Shown here: piece by piece, positions 37,327 through 47,309 of the stretch
Numbering within the stretch: position 1 is the first letter of the stretch
Layout of the letters: every line of letters begins with the position of its first letter
Assembly (NCBI GenBank): GCA_964499705.1
Contig: CAZCME010000001.1
Span: 261,243 to 325,242, forward strand
Direction: 5' to 3'
Length of the DNA: 64,000 bases
Source of the DNA: an uncultured bacterium
GTDB lineage: Bacteria; UBA8481
Notes under the pieces: model-generated
Databases searched by the model: none
What the model was told of the DNA's origin: nothing
Seen by the model: only the letters and a program-made list of their open reading frames with translations
Program-made: the position numbers and the translations under genes

Positions 37327-37775
37327 CAGTAATCCTCCACGAGCCCGATGAATTCGCCTTCATCGGCGCGGACGATGTCGTCCTGCGAGAGCAGGAGCAG
37401 GATATTGGGGACGGAATTTCCATCAGGTCCTTTGCTGTACAGATCATAATCGGTGTTGATGGGAATCAGAATGCCGTTGGTACGGAAGAGAAGCGAAAGA
37501 ACGAAGCCATGCGAATTGTAGACGTAAGGATTTCCCCAGGGGTCCCTGGGCATGGGGCCGGCCTTCAGGGAGTCCCAAGTGTCCGGAATTTTCCCGTTCA
37601 CGGATTTATGGATGTCGATCTGTTTCTGGAGCGTTTTCAAGTCGGCGATGGCTCGCGACTGCCGCGTCGTGTCGAGCGCATCGAAAAGCTTCGGCAGAGC
37701 GATACCGGCGAGGATGCTCAGGATGAGAAGGACCATGAGGAGCTCAAGCAGCGTGAAACCCGACCGGGAATGCAT
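37326..37775 (-). CDS. GspG-like pseudopilin
   Basis: RSG|FTLLELLMV..IALP, DPWGNPYVY, YDLYSKGPDG, DDI; stop overlaps the kinase start (TGATG). Confidence 0.88.
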   Translation of the reverse strand: MHSRSGFTLLELLMVLLILSILAGIALPKLFDALDTTRQSRAIADLKTLQKQIDIHKSVNGKIPDTWDSLKAGPMPRDPWGNPYVYNSHGFVLSLLFRTNGILIPINTDYDLYSKGPDGNSVPNILLLLSQDDIVRADEGEFIGLVEDY

Positions 37776-37799
37776 CGCGTCAGCGCCGTCGTATCGACA

Positions 37800-38693
37800 T
37801 CAGGCCACTTCCCGGTTGCGGCGGTGATGGTCTTCCTTGCTTCGGTAAAGATCGCGGTCGGCGGCTTTCAGCAGTCCTTCCGCTTCCTCCGAATCGACCG
37901 GCAGCACGGCGATGCCGCAGGACGCTTCGGGCGCGATGACCTTGTCACCCTTGCTGAAGCGCTCTTCTGCAAGCGTCTCTCTCAGGCGCCCTAGAAAACA
38001 ATCCGCCATGGCGCGATCCGTTTCCGGAAGAAGGAGTATGAACTCGTCGCCTCCGATGCGGAACGGCATGTCCGTCGACCTGCATGCCGCGCGCATGGCG
38101 CGCGCGATGGCCTTGAGGAATTCATCGCCGGCGCCATGTCCGAACGAGTCGTTCACGGATTTCAGCCCGTCCGCGTCGATGCTGATGAGCGCGATGGGGT
38201 GACCGTACCTCCTCCAGCGCGCGATTTCCCTGTCCAGCATCGCTTCGAAACTCCTGCGGTTCCCGATTCCCGTGAGGGGATCGACGGAGGATTCCGTCTG
38301 CGCCTGCACCAGGAGGCGGCGAAATTGGATGGCGCCGGAGACCCGGGCCAGGAGTTCGTCGGGATCGCACGGTTTCGTCAGATAATCCTGCGCGCCTCCA
38401 TAGAGCCCCTTCAGCTTCTGATCCGAGGAACCGAGCGCGGTGAGGAAGATGACGGCGGGCGGCGTATCCGCCCGATCTCGCATTTGCCGCAGGACGTCAT
38501 GTCCGGAAAGGCCGGGCATCATGATATCGAGAAGCAGGAGGTCGAAGTCGCGTCTTGAGGCGGCCGCGAGCGCCGATTCGCCGCAGTCGGCCTCCATGAC
38601 CCTGAAACCCCCTCCGCGAAGCCGCGTCGCGATCGTGGAGCGCAGATCCGGATCGTCGTCCACGACGAGAATGTCGCCTGACTCCGTGTTCAC
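37800..38693 (-). CDS. Response-regulator diguanylate cyclase (REC-GGDEF)
   Basis: VVDDD, LLDIMMP, KP; DPLTG, NDSFGH..GD, RSTD I-site five residues before an intact GGDEF. Confidence 0.93.
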   Translation of the reverse strand: MNTESGDILVVDDDPDLRSTIATRLRGGGFRVMEADCGESALAAASRRDFDLLLLDIMMPGLSGHDVLRQMRDRADTPPAVIFLTALGSSDQKLKGLYGGAQDYLTKPCDPDELLARVSGAIQFRRLLVQAQTESSVDPLTGIGNRRSFEAMLDREIARWRRYGHPIALISIDADGLKSVNDSFGHGAGDEFLKAIARAMRAACRSTDMPFRIGGDEFILLLPETDRAMADCFLGRLRETLAEERFSKGDKVIAPEASCGIAVLPVDSEEAEGLLKAADRDLYRSKEDHHRRNREVA

Positions 38694-40588
38694 GATTCCA
38701 TGACCGCCGTGTCGCGAACGGAAACGGAAACGACCGGTCCGGCGAGCGGCAGAATGACTTCGAACCGCGCGCCGCCTCCGTCCTCCGAGCTCCTGTTGGT
38801 TGCCTGGACTCGCCCCCCATGTTCTTCGACGATGCCTTTGACTATGGAGAGGCCGAGACCTGTCTGGGAGCGTCCTGTATCGGATCGGACCTGCGAGAAA
38901 CGATCGAAGAGGTTTGGCAGGTCCGTTTCGTGAATTCCGGTTCCGTTATCCTCGACCCTGATGACGGCAGCGTGCCCCTGGGTTGCCAGGGAGATCCTGA
39001 CATGACCGCGGCAGAACCGCAGCGCATTGTCCAGGAGATTGATGATGATCTGTCCCATGCGATCCGGATCCACATCCAGGAGCACCGGATCGCCGGGCAG
39101 GTCGAGCTCCACGACGGCGCCCAGTTTTTCCGTGATCGGTTGAACTTCCTCCACAGCGCTTTGAAGGGATTCGCGGAGATCCGTCATTTTTTTCCGGAGA
39201 ACGAGCGTGCTGGTTTCGAGCCGTGAGAGATCGAGAAGGTTCTCGATAAGCCGGGCGAGGCGGCGGGAGTTGCGGAGCGCGATCTCGATGGCGCGGCGCT
39301 GGCGCGGAGCCACCTCGCCGAGGTAACCGTCCAGAATATTCTCGATCGACCCCTTGATGGCCGCGATCGGCGTCCTGAGCTCATGAGATACCGTGGATAT
39401 GAAATCGCCCTTCAACCGGTCCAGTCCCATCAACCGGATGTTCGCGTTGGAAAGCTCCGTTCTCGCCGCGTCGAGATCTTCCAGCAGCGAAAGCATCGCG
39501 TTCCACATCCTCGGGTCGCCCGGCCTGTCCGGCGATTCCCATGCGCCTCCGAGGCTCGCGTCCGCCACCGCGACAATAATGTGGGGATCCGGGGAACCCG
39601 ATTCGACGCTGGCAAAACGGAATCGCATTGCGTTCAACCGGCATGCTCCATCGACGGCTTTCACAAAGAGATCGGCGTCCTCATCGCCCTGCCCCATGCT
39701 CATGATCTTCTTCAGAAGCGCCTGCATGTGAGGATATTCCGGCGGCAACGCGTGGCGGAGATCCGAGTCGCGCGCGGCGACAGGCGTCACGTGGAATAGA
39801 TCGGACCAGGCAGTGTTGAAGCGCTGGAGATTCCCCTGGGAGGAGACGATGCAGATCGGGGTCGGAAGGGAGTCGAACACGGACTGATAATATTGATGCA
39901 AGGGGAGCTCCATCGCGCGAACGAGTTGTCCGAGGAGAGCTCCCGGGATGAAAGGCTTGGCCAGAACGAACGCGGCGCCGAGGACGGACTCCGGAGGGTC
40001 CGCGGTCAGAACGCCGACGGGCGCCGCGAACTCGAGCCGGAGCCGGCGCACGAGATCGGGCACGGTTTCGGCGCCGAAGCGGAGCTCCGTCAGGATGATA
40101 TCGAAATCGCCGAGCTGATCGCGGTCCGACAGGGAGTCCGGGTGCGCGCATCGCGTCACCTCGAAACCGTTCGCTTCCAGGAGGATCTCGACGACATTCG
40201 CCAGGTCGTCCGCCGGTTCGATGTGCAGAGCCCGCCGCTGGGGCAATGTGGCCAGCGCTTCGCTCAGGGATCGATATGTCGCGAGGATATGTTCCATGTG
40301 CATGGACTCCACCATGACGCGATGCCTTCCGCGCGGCACGACGATCTTGAAGAGGTGCATATGAGCGCCCCATCGTTCCCGATGCGCTTTCCTGAGAGCG
40401 ACCAGGACGCCCAGGTCTTCCCAGTCGAAGGATTCGAGCGAGGAAATATCGATCACGATGAACTTGGAGTTCTGGATGGCCTGCATGAGACGGCCGCGCA
40501 ATTCCGGGTCGCCGGCGATCGGAGCGCGGCCCGACAGCGTCAGGACGACCGCTCGGCCTTCCTGGCGCATATCGAGCGGGCCGGTCAT
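38690..40588 (-). CDS. Hybrid kinase: STAS-like / atypical REC / PAS / HisKA / HATPase
   Basis: VVLTLSG..IVIDISSL (STAS), DIILTELRF..LAKPF, PAS FNTAW, SHELRTP, DNGTG, TGLGL. Confidence 0.85.
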   Translation of the reverse strand: MTGPLDMRQEGRAVVLTLSGRAPIAGDPELRGRLMQAIQNSKFIVIDISSLESFDWEDLGVLVALRKAHRERWGAHMHLFKIVVPRGRHRVMVESMHMEHILATYRSLSEALATLPQRRALHIEPADDLANVVEILLEANGFEVTRCAHPDSLSDRDQLGDFDIILTELRFGAETVPDLVRRLRLEFAAPVGVLTADPPESVLGAAFVLAKPFIPGALLGQLVRAMELPLHQYYQSVFDSLPTPICIVSSQGNLQRFNTAWSDLFHVTPVAARDSDLRHALPPEYPHMQALLKKIMSMGQGDEDADLFVKAVDGACRLNAMRFRFASVESGSPDPHIIVAVADASLGGAWESPDRPGDPRMWNAMLSLLEDLDAARTELSNANIRLMGLDRLKGDFISTVSHELRTPIAAIKGSIENILDGYLGEVAPRQRRAIEIALRNSRRLARLIENLLDLSRLETSTLVLRKKMTDLRESLQSAVEEVQPITEKLGAVVELDLPGDPVLLDVDPDRMGQIIINLLDNALRFCRGHVRISLATQGHAAVIRVEDNGTGIHETDLPNLFDRFSQVRSDTGRSQTGLGLSIVKGIVEEHGGRVQATNRSSEDGGGARFEVILPLAGPVVSVSVRDTAVMES

Positions 40589-41565
40589 GGCGGGCCGGGT
40601 TGCGAGTGGAATCGCTCTTCCAGCTTCCGGAGCGTCTCGTCGGAAAGCGAGGCGCGTTCGATCCCCAGCATCTTCTCGTATTCGCGGATCTTGATCTTGA
40701 GATTGATGATCGTGGTTTCGCGGTCGAGGAAGAATCGCTGGAAGCGTTCCATTTCCGCCAGCCTTTGCTGCAGGCGGTGGCGTGTCTGGATGAGTTCGGA
40801 GATGTCCGTGAGCGTGACAAGGCAGGCCTCGCTTCGGCCCAGCTCGTCGGTGACAGAACGGCCCGTGATGAGCACAGGCATCTGATCCATGCCGCTCACC
40901 AATCCGGCGCGCCGAAGCCGCCCTTCCCAGGGCGCGGATTCCGTGACGTTACCGGCCCGGAAGGAAAGAAGCCATTGCTTGAAGCGGATTTGAGAAGGCG
41001 AGTCGAAGAGGAGGGAGGCATCCCGGCCGAAGTGAACCGCGGTAGGCTCGCCTGTCATCCGGCCCAGGCAATCGTTGGCGAAGATGATGGCTCCCCCGGT
41101 GTCCACGAGGATGACGCCTTCCGTCATGATGGAGAGCAGCGTCTGATACAGGCGTTCCGAGCGCTTCAGGAGAATCGAGGGCTTCTGTTCGTTCCCATGG
41201 GTTGTTTCCAGGACGGAGGTGATGAGAGGAAGGAGCTCGCGCGACATGCGCGCCTTGTGCAGAAAATGGGCGGCACCTCGTTCGAGCGAAGAGACAGCCA
41301 GCGCCTCGTCGTCCCGGCCGGTCAGGATGATGACGGGCAGGTCGGCATGGAGGCGCTTGATCTCGTCGAGAAACAGGAGGCAGTTCGTGTCGGGCAGTCC
41401 GTGATCGAGGAGCACCAGGTCGAATTTTGTCGTGGCGAGTTGCTTGCGAGCTTCTTCTCCGGTGGCCGCCCAGGTGACGGGAAACCGCGCGCGGGGCAGG
41501 ATATCGCGCGCGAGGATCAGGTCATCCTCGTTGTCCTCGATGTAGAGGATCCAGTGCCTGTTCAT
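40585..41565 (-). CDS. REC-PAS protein with C-terminal coiled coil and no catalytic output
   Basis: YIEDNEDD, LLDHGLP, LTG, FLHK; EGVILVD..IIFAN PAS; ATGA overlaps at both ends. Confidence 0.85.
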   Translation of the reverse strand: MNRHWILYIEDNEDDLILARDILPRARFPVTWAATGEEARKQLATTKFDLVLLDHGLPDTNCLLFLDEIKRLHADLPVIILTGRDDEALAVSSLERGAAHFLHKARMSRELLPLITSVLETTHGNEQKPSILLKRSERLYQTLLSIMTEGVILVDTGGAIIFANDCLGRMTGEPTAVHFGRDASLLFDSPSQIRFKQWLLSFRAGNVTESAPWEGRLRRAGLVSGMDQMPVLITGRSVTDELGRSEACLVTLTDISELIQTRHRLQQRLAEMERFQRFFLDRETTIINLKIKIREYEKMLGIERASLSDETLRKLEERFHSQPGPP

Positions 41566-42407
41566 TCTTTCTCCGTGCCCAGCAGGGATGTGATGGTCTC
41601 GTGCAGGGCGAAGGCGGAGACCGGCTTGTTCAGGAATGCGTCCGCGCAGCAGACCCATTCCTTTTCGATCCAGCCGCGAGGTGTATTGCCGCTCACGATG
41701 ATGCTGCGAATCTTCTTCAGGACGGGATCCTGGTGGAGGGCGCGGATCACTTCGATGCCGTCGCGTCGCGGCATCCGCAGGTCCAGGATCGCGATGTCGG
41801 GCCGCGGCGCATCACGAAAGCGGCCGTGATGCTTCAGGAAGGCTATGGCCTCTTCGCCGTCGCGGACCGCGTAAGTGACGTGAGGAAGCTGTGATGCGTC
41901 GAGCGCCTCCTTCATCAGAATCCCGTCGTCTTCGCTGTCTTCAGCCATGAGAATGACGATCGGCCGGCTCTCGCTGAAGCCGTTCGTCGGCGTATCGGAG
42001 CGAAGTTCCGAACGCACGGTCAGGATGGCCTCCATGAGCGGCGCGGAGGAGACAGGTTTGGTGAGATAGCCGTTCGTTCCCAGCAGAAAACCTTCCTCGA
42101 TCCAGGCGGCATCGGAGAGGGAAGTCAGCATGAGAACGGGAATCGTCCGCAGCACGGGATCCGCGCGGAGCTCCTGGAGAACTTCCAATCCGTCTTTTCT
42201 CGGCATGCGCACATCGAGCAGGATGATATCGGGCAGCGCGGTCGCGTAGCCGTTGCCGGGAATGCGGAGCAGGTCCATGGCCTCTATTCCGTCTCGTGCC
42301 GTCATCATCTCGAAGGGTTCCTGGCTGCTGGAAATCGCTTCCTGAACGAGAATGCGATCGTCATCGTTATCGTCGACCACCAGGATCTTCATCATCCGGC
42401 TCTTCAT
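41562..42407 (-). CDS. Tandem REC-REC response regulator (Rcp1/CheY-like)
   Basis: VVDDNDDD..LLDVRMP..TKP and AEDSEDD..ILDLRMP..NKP. Confidence 0.88.
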   Translation of the reverse strand: MKSRMMKILVVDDNDDDRILVQEAISSSQEPFEMMTARDGIEAMDLLRIPGNGYATALPDIILLDVRMPRKDGLEVLQELRADPVLRTIPVLMLTSLSDAAWIEEGFLLGTNGYLTKPVSSAPLMEAILTVRSELRSDTPTNGFSESRPIVILMAEDSEDDGILMKEALDASQLPHVTYAVRDGEEAIAFLKHHGRFRDAPRPDIAILDLRMPRRDGIEVIRALHQDPVLKKIRSIIVSGNTPRGWIEKEWVCCADAFLNKPVSAFALHETITSLLGTEKE

Positions 42408-43024
42408 GATGCTGCCGCTTCCGGGCGATCCCGATGAACGTCACTCGGGTGCAGAAGCGCGAGCGGGATCGTGCGAGCCAGCACGTTCTTGAGGTCGTCC
42501 GTCTCGATGGGTTTCAGGAGAACGGAGGATGCGCCTGCCCGCAGCAGCGCCTCGATCTCGTGAGGATCGCGGGAGGCGGTGATTCCCACGACGATGATGT
42601 CGCGCGTGGATGGATCGGTCTTGATGAGCTTGCAGACGTGTACGCCGTTGATACCCGGCATGCGGATATCGAGAAAGACGAGTGTGGGCCGATATTGATG
42701 CACGGCGAATCCCGCCTTGAAGCCCTGGTCGGCTGTCAGGACGTCTATGTCGGGGCGGAATCCGGCGATGCGCACGCGCAGCGTTTCCAGGACGTCCGGC
42801 TCATCGTCCACTATGAGAATCCGAGGGCGGTCCGGCGCGATATCGATCGGGACATGTCGCGCGGCCGCGAATTTCTGCAGGTCATCCAAGGATATGCGAC
42901 GGTGTCCTCCGGCAGTCCGATGGGATGGGATCAGTTGCGAATCAATCCATCTCTGGATCGTGCTAGGATCGACATGGAGAATTTTGGATGCTTCCAGTGT
43001 TCCAATATACTTCTTCGGCGGCAT
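42404..43024 (-). CDS. Excisionase/MerR-like HTH (HTH_17) fused to REC
   Basis: GTLEASKILHVDPSTIQRWID..RTAGGHRRI; IVDDE, FLDIRMP, LKP. Confidence 0.88.
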   Translation of the reverse strand: MPPKKYIGTLEASKILHVDPSTIQRWIDSQLIPSHRTAGGHRRISLDDLQKFAAARHVPIDIAPDRPRILIVDDEPDVLETLRVRIAGFRPDIDVLTADQGFKAGFAVHQYRPTLVFLDIRMPGINGVHVCKLIKTDPSTRDIIVVGITASRDPHEIEALLRAGASSVLLKPIETDDLKNVLARTIPLALLHPSDVHRDRPEAAAS

Positions 43025-43122
43025 GATTTACATTATATGCACAGTATGCATGGTTTATAGGTTGGAAAAATCTGGAATGTGAAAAAAAATACAGATCGAT
43101 AAGGATGCTGAATTACGGGAGG

Positions 43123-43545
43123 TTAAGTCTCTCCGCTGACGTATTTGCGCAATGCTTCCGCTTCTGCCTGGCAAAGTTCCGAGAGTGCGCGGATCAGGTC
43201 CTGCATCGAGACGACGCCGTCGGTCCTGCCATCCGGATTCGTTACGAAGATGTAGCGCGATCCGCTCCTGCGCATCGTCTCCACCGCGTCCTGAACCGAC
43301 GTCGCCGGACTCATCCGGGGAACCTGTTCCACGAGATCATCGATGACGGTATCCGCCGACATCTTCATCCCCACGATCTGACGGCAGATGCAACGCTCCG
43401 TGATCATGCCGATGATCTCCCCGTCGCGCGTCACGATCACGGCGCCGATGTTATGCCCGTTCATGGTGGCCGCCACGTCGCAAACGCTTGTTCCCGTGGA
43501 TGCCGTGACGAGTTTGCGAATGGCGTAATGACCTATCGTGCTCAT
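43123..43545 (-). CDS. CBS-pair domain protein
   Basis: IGAVIV..GMITER and SVQDAVETM..GVVSMQDL; GGAGG RBS. Confidence 0.85.
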   Translation of the reverse strand: MSTIGHYAIRKLVTASTGTSVCDVAATMNGHNIGAVIVTRDGEIIGMITERCICRQIVGMKMSADTVIDDLVEQVPRMSPATSVQDAVETMRRSGSRYIFVTNPDGRTDGVVSMQDLIRALSELCQAEAEALRKYVSGET

Positions 43546-43692
43546 GATGCCTCCCTGCGAGCCGCGTCCCTGATTTCCGGCGGGAACGTGGCTCCTTTCA
43601 CGCGACGGTAATGGAAAATCGCCATTAATCAATGACAAATAGAAACCGCTTTTCGCCGTTCCCGTGTATACTCTCTCCCCTCAGGAGGCAGC

Positions 43693-45054
43693 ATGAATCT
43701 CAATAATCTCTCGACCGATCGGACGGAAGGCGCCGTCATGGCCCTGAAGTTCGAGATCCCGGCCGAGGAAACGGCCAAGGGTTACAAGAAAGCCGTCAAC
43801 AGCTACGCGGGCAACGCATCGATCCCCGGATTCCGGAAAGGGAAGGCGCCCGCGAAGATGGTGGAGGAACGTTTTCGCGCCCAGATCCTCGATCTCGCCG
43901 AGGAGCGCGTGCTGTCCGAAGCGATCTGGGAAGCGATCCGTCAGGCCGGTCTCAAGGACGAGGACCTTCTCACGCGCCCCAGCGTTTCGAACAAGTCGGA
44001 TTTCTCTCCGGACGCCGCCATGAAAATCGAGGCGCGCATCGACTTCATTCCCGCCCTGGATGCCCAGGGCTACAAGGCGGTCAAGCTGGCGTTGAAACCC
44101 TCCGAGGTGACTCCCGAGGAGATCGAAGGCGAGCTGAAGCGGATCGCCCAGGAACATTCCTTCTTCGCTCCGGTCGATCGCGCCGCCGCGACCGGCGACA
44201 GCGTGATCATGGATTTCGAGGGGAAACTGGAGGATGGAACGCCCATCACCGAAACTCCGACACAGAACTACCAGGCGGTGCTGGGCTCCAATCGCCTCAT
44301 CCCCGGCTTTGAAGACGGTCTCGTCGGAGTCAAGCCCGGCGAAAAGCGCACGCTCAATCTTCGCTTTCCCGACGACTATCCCAAGGAAAATTTTCGTGGC
44401 AAGAACTCGACGATCGATATCACCGTCACCGCGGTGAAGGAACGGCGGATGCCGGAGATCGACGATGAACTGGCCAAGGACGTCGAATCGGAAAATCTCG
44501 ACGAGCTGAAGAAGAGGATCTCTCAGTTCTTCAACGAGCAGAAATCCCACGAGAACAGGGAAGAGCTCGAAGCCGACCTCCTGGACCAGCTCCGGAAGGC
44601 CAATCCCCTGGAAGAGCTGCCCGCCGTGATGGTGGAAGCGGAGATGCAGCGCCGGCGCGAGGGTTTCGATCGGATGGTGAAGAACATGCGCCTGACGCCT
44701 GAGAAATACTTCGAGCTTTCCAAGCAGACTCCCGATCAGCTCGAAGCCAACATGCTCCAGGCCGCCCGGGACACGGTCCACAGCTCCCTCGTGCTCCGCG
44801 CCGTCGCGAGGGCCGAAAAGATCGGGGTTTCGAATGACGAATTGAGCTATAGCATCGCATACATGGCCGCCCAGAGAGAAATGTCGCCCGAGGTCCTGGC
44901 GAGGCAGATTGCGGAGGAGGGGAGGATCGACCTCGTTAAATTTGATATTCTCAAGCGAAAGGCGCTACAATTTATCATTGAACATGCCGAAATTGAGGGA
45001 AGCGCGGACGAGGTGGCCCAGATCAAGGGGAAATCTCCCGCTCAACAGTCTTAA
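43693..45054 (+). CDS. tig: Trigger factor
   Basis: IPGFRKGKAP, FKBP domain LIPGFEDGL, FPDDY; directly before clpP-clpX. Confidence 0.96.
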   Translation: MNLNNLSTDRTEGAVMALKFEIPAEETAKGYKKAVNSYAGNASIPGFRKGKAPAKMVEERFRAQILDLAEERVLSEAIWEAIRQAGLKDEDLLTRPSVSNKSDFSPDAAMKIEARIDFIPALDAQGYKAVKLALKPSEVTPEEIEGELKRIAQEHSFFAPVDRAAATGDSVIMDFEGKLEDGTPITETPTQNYQAVLGSNRLIPGFEDGLVGVKPGEKRTLNLRFPDDYPKENFRGKNSTIDITVTAVKERRMPEIDDELAKDVESENLDELKKRISQFFNEQKSHENREELEADLLDQLRKANPLEELPAVMVEAEMQRRREGFDRMVKNMRLTPEKYFELSKQTPDQLEANMLQAARDTVHSSLVLRAVARAEKIGVSNDELSYSIAYMAAQREMSPEVLARQIAEEGRIDLVKFDILKRKALQFIIEHAEIEGSADEVAQIKGKSPAQQS

Positions 45055-45121
45055 AGTCAGGTGGTCTTGACCGGAAGGTCTCGACTTGCAGAAGAGCTAG
45101 AACTGGAAAACCGGAGGCCGC

Positions 45122-45757
45122 ATGTCACTGATACCCATGGTCATCGAACACTCGGCGCGGGGCGAGCGGGCCTATGATATCTACTCCCGGCTCCTTCGGG
45201 ACCGCATCATCTTCATTGGCGAGGCGATCGACGATCATCTCTCCAATCTTGTCATCGCCCAGCTCCTCTTCCTCGAATCCGACGATCCGGATAAGGACAT
45301 CTATCTCTACATCAATTCTCCCGGAGGCCTCGTGACGGCCGGGATCGCCATCTTCGACACGATGCAGTACATCAAGTGCGATGTCTCCACGATCTGCCTC
45401 GGCCAGGCGGCCTCCATGGGAGCCCTCCTGCTGGCGGCCGGCGCCAACGGCAAGCGATATGCCCTCCCGCATGCCCGGATCATGATCCACCAGCCGCTCG
45501 GCGGCGCGCAGGGCCAGGCGTCCGACGTCGCGATCCAGGCGAGGGAGATTCTCCGGATGAAGGAAATGCTGAACCAGATCCTCGTGAAGCACACGAAGCA
45601 GACGATCGAGCAGATCGAGAAGGATACCGACCGCGACAAGTTCATGTCCGCGGAAGAGGCGCAGGCCTATGGACTCATCGATGAAGTGATTTTCGAGCGG
45701 AAGGGATCTGCGAAGGTCCGTGGCGACAAGACCGAGAAGACGGAGAAGATGAAGTAA
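45122..45757 (+). CDS. clpP: ATP-dependent Clp protease proteolytic subunit
   Basis: [28 protein letters not shown]. Confidence 0.98.
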   Translation: MSLIPMVIEHSARGERAYDIYSRLLRDRIIFIGEAIDDHLSNLVIAQLLFLESDDPDKDIYLYINSPGGLVTAGIAIFDTMQYIKCDVSTICLGQAASMGALLLAAGANGKRYALPHARIMIHQPLGGAQGQASDVAIQAREILRMKEMLNQILVKHTKQTIEQIEKDTDRDKFMSAEEAQAYGLIDEVIFERKGSAKVRGDKTEKTEKMK

Positions 45758-47016
45758 TGTTCAAATTCGGGAGCGACAAGGAGCGGCTCAACTGCTCCTT
45801 CTGCGGCAAAAGCCAGGAAGAGGTCAAGAAACTCGTCGCGGGTCCCAGCGTCTACATCTGCGACGAATGCATCGACCTCTGCAACGAGATCATCCATGAA
45901 GAAGCCGACGACGCCGCGAAGAACGCGCCGAAGGGGCTGCCGAAACCCGTCGAGATCAAGATGGCGCTCGATGACTATGTAATCGGGCAGGAGAACGCGA
46001 AGAAGAGCCTCGCGGTCGCCGTGTACAACCACTACAAGAGAATCAGGGCTCCGAAGAATCCCGGCGACGAAGTCGACCTGGAGAAGTCCAACATTCTCCT
46101 CATCGGCCCGACCGGCAGCGGCAAGACCCTGTTGGCCCGCACGCTCGCCAAGATCATCGATGTCCCCTTCGCGATCGCGGACGCGACGACGCTGACGGAG
46201 GCCGGATATGTCGGCGAGGACGTCGAGAACATCCTCCTCCGGCTGATACAGAACTCCGAATACGACGTGAAGAAAGCCGAGTCGGGCATCGTCTACATCG
46301 ACGAGATCGACAAGATCACTCGGAAGACCGATTCGCCGTCCCTGACGCGCGACGTCTCGGGCGAAGGCGTCCAGCAGGCGCTTCTCAAGATCCTCGAGGG
46401 CACCATCGCGAACGTTCCTCCCCAGGGCGGCCGGAAGCATCCGCACCAGGATTACGTCCAGCTTGATACATCGAACATCCTCTTCATCTGCGGCGGAGCC
46501 TTCGAAGGGCTCGACCGGATCATCGAGGAGCGGATGGGCAAGAACCAGATGGGATTCTCCGCCGATATCCGCACCAAGGACGAGAAGAAGCTGCTGGATA
46601 TCCTGACGCAGGTGATGCCGACGGATCTGCTCCGCTACGGCCTCATCCCCGAGTTCGTCGGGCGGCTCCCGGTCATCGGCTGCCTCGGCAAGCTCGACGT
46701 GCCCCAGCTCGTCGAGATCCTCACCAAGCCCAAGAACGCGCTGGTGAAGCAGTATCTGAAGCTCTTCAACATGGAGAGCGTCCGCCTCATCTTCACCGAC
46801 GACGCGGTGAATTCCATTGCGGAAGCGGCGATCAAGAGGGCCACCGGCGCGCGAGGATTAAGGTCGATCATCGAGGATGTCATGCTGGAGCTGATGTTCG
46901 AGATCCCGTCGCGCGAAGGCGTCAGCGAAGTCGTGATCACGAAGGATGTGATCGAGAAGAAGGGCCAGCCGATCATCACGTTCTCGAACGAGCGGCAGAT
47001 GAAGTCGAGCGCCTGA
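45757..47016 (+). CDS. clpX: ATP-dependent Clp protease ATP-binding subunit
   Basis: CSFCGK..CDEC zinc domain, [34 protein letters not shown] loop. Confidence 0.98.
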   Translation: MFKFGSDKERLNCSFCGKSQEEVKKLVAGPSVYICDECIDLCNEIIHEEADDAAKNAPKGLPKPVEIKMALDDYVIGQENAKKSLAVAVYNHYKRIRAPKNPGDEVDLEKSNILLIGPTGSGKTLLARTLAKIIDVPFAIADATTLTEAGYVGEDVENILLRLIQNSEYDVKKAESGIVYIDEIDKITRKTDSPSLTRDVSGEGVQQALLKILEGTIANVPPQGGRKHPHQDYVQLDTSNILFICGGAFEGLDRIIEERMGKNQMGFSADIRTKDEKKLLDILTQVMPTDLLRYGLIPEFVGRLPVIGCLGKLDVPQLVEILTKPKNALVKQYLKLFNMESVRLIFTDDAVNSIAEAAIKRATGARGLRSIIEDVMLELMFEIPSREGVSEVVITKDVIEKKGQPIITFSNERQMKSSA

Positions 47017-47040
47017 GACAGGCTTAAGAAGGGAGGGCAT

Positions 47041-47226
47041 ATGGCTGGACGAATCGATCAACTGCCTCCACCGCCGCTCCCGGCCGTGGAAGCCGCGCCG
47101 CCGCCGCCCGCCGCACCCCCGCCCACGCAGAGCGTTCCTCCCCGCGAGCCCACGCCGGCGGAACAGCAGTCCGCCGAGGCGGCAGCACGGTTTGGCGTAG
47201 GAGCGCTCGTCAATACTACGGCGTAG
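47041..47226 (+). CDS. Small proline-rich hypothetical protein (61 aa)
   Basis: GGAGG RBS; fills the gap after clpX; ends GVGALVNTTA. Confidence 0.6.
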   Translation: MAGRIDQLPPPPLPAVEAAPPPPAAPPPTQSVPPREPTPAEQQSAEAAARFGVGALVNTTA

Positions 47227-47309
47227 GAGAAGCGGGAAGCACCGACATTTCGAATTTCACCGAATATTGCATTTTTCCGTAAACTCTTTTACAATTCTCC
47301 CGTCTAAGC

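Noticed and set aside
42404-43024. Excisionase-like HTH as evidence of a prophage or integrative element
   Set aside because: It is fused to a REC domain, and no integrase, att-site tRNA or phage gene is seen.
43546-43692. tRNA-Leu often found upstream of tig
   Set aside because: No cloverleaf or T-loop GTTCRA motif seen.
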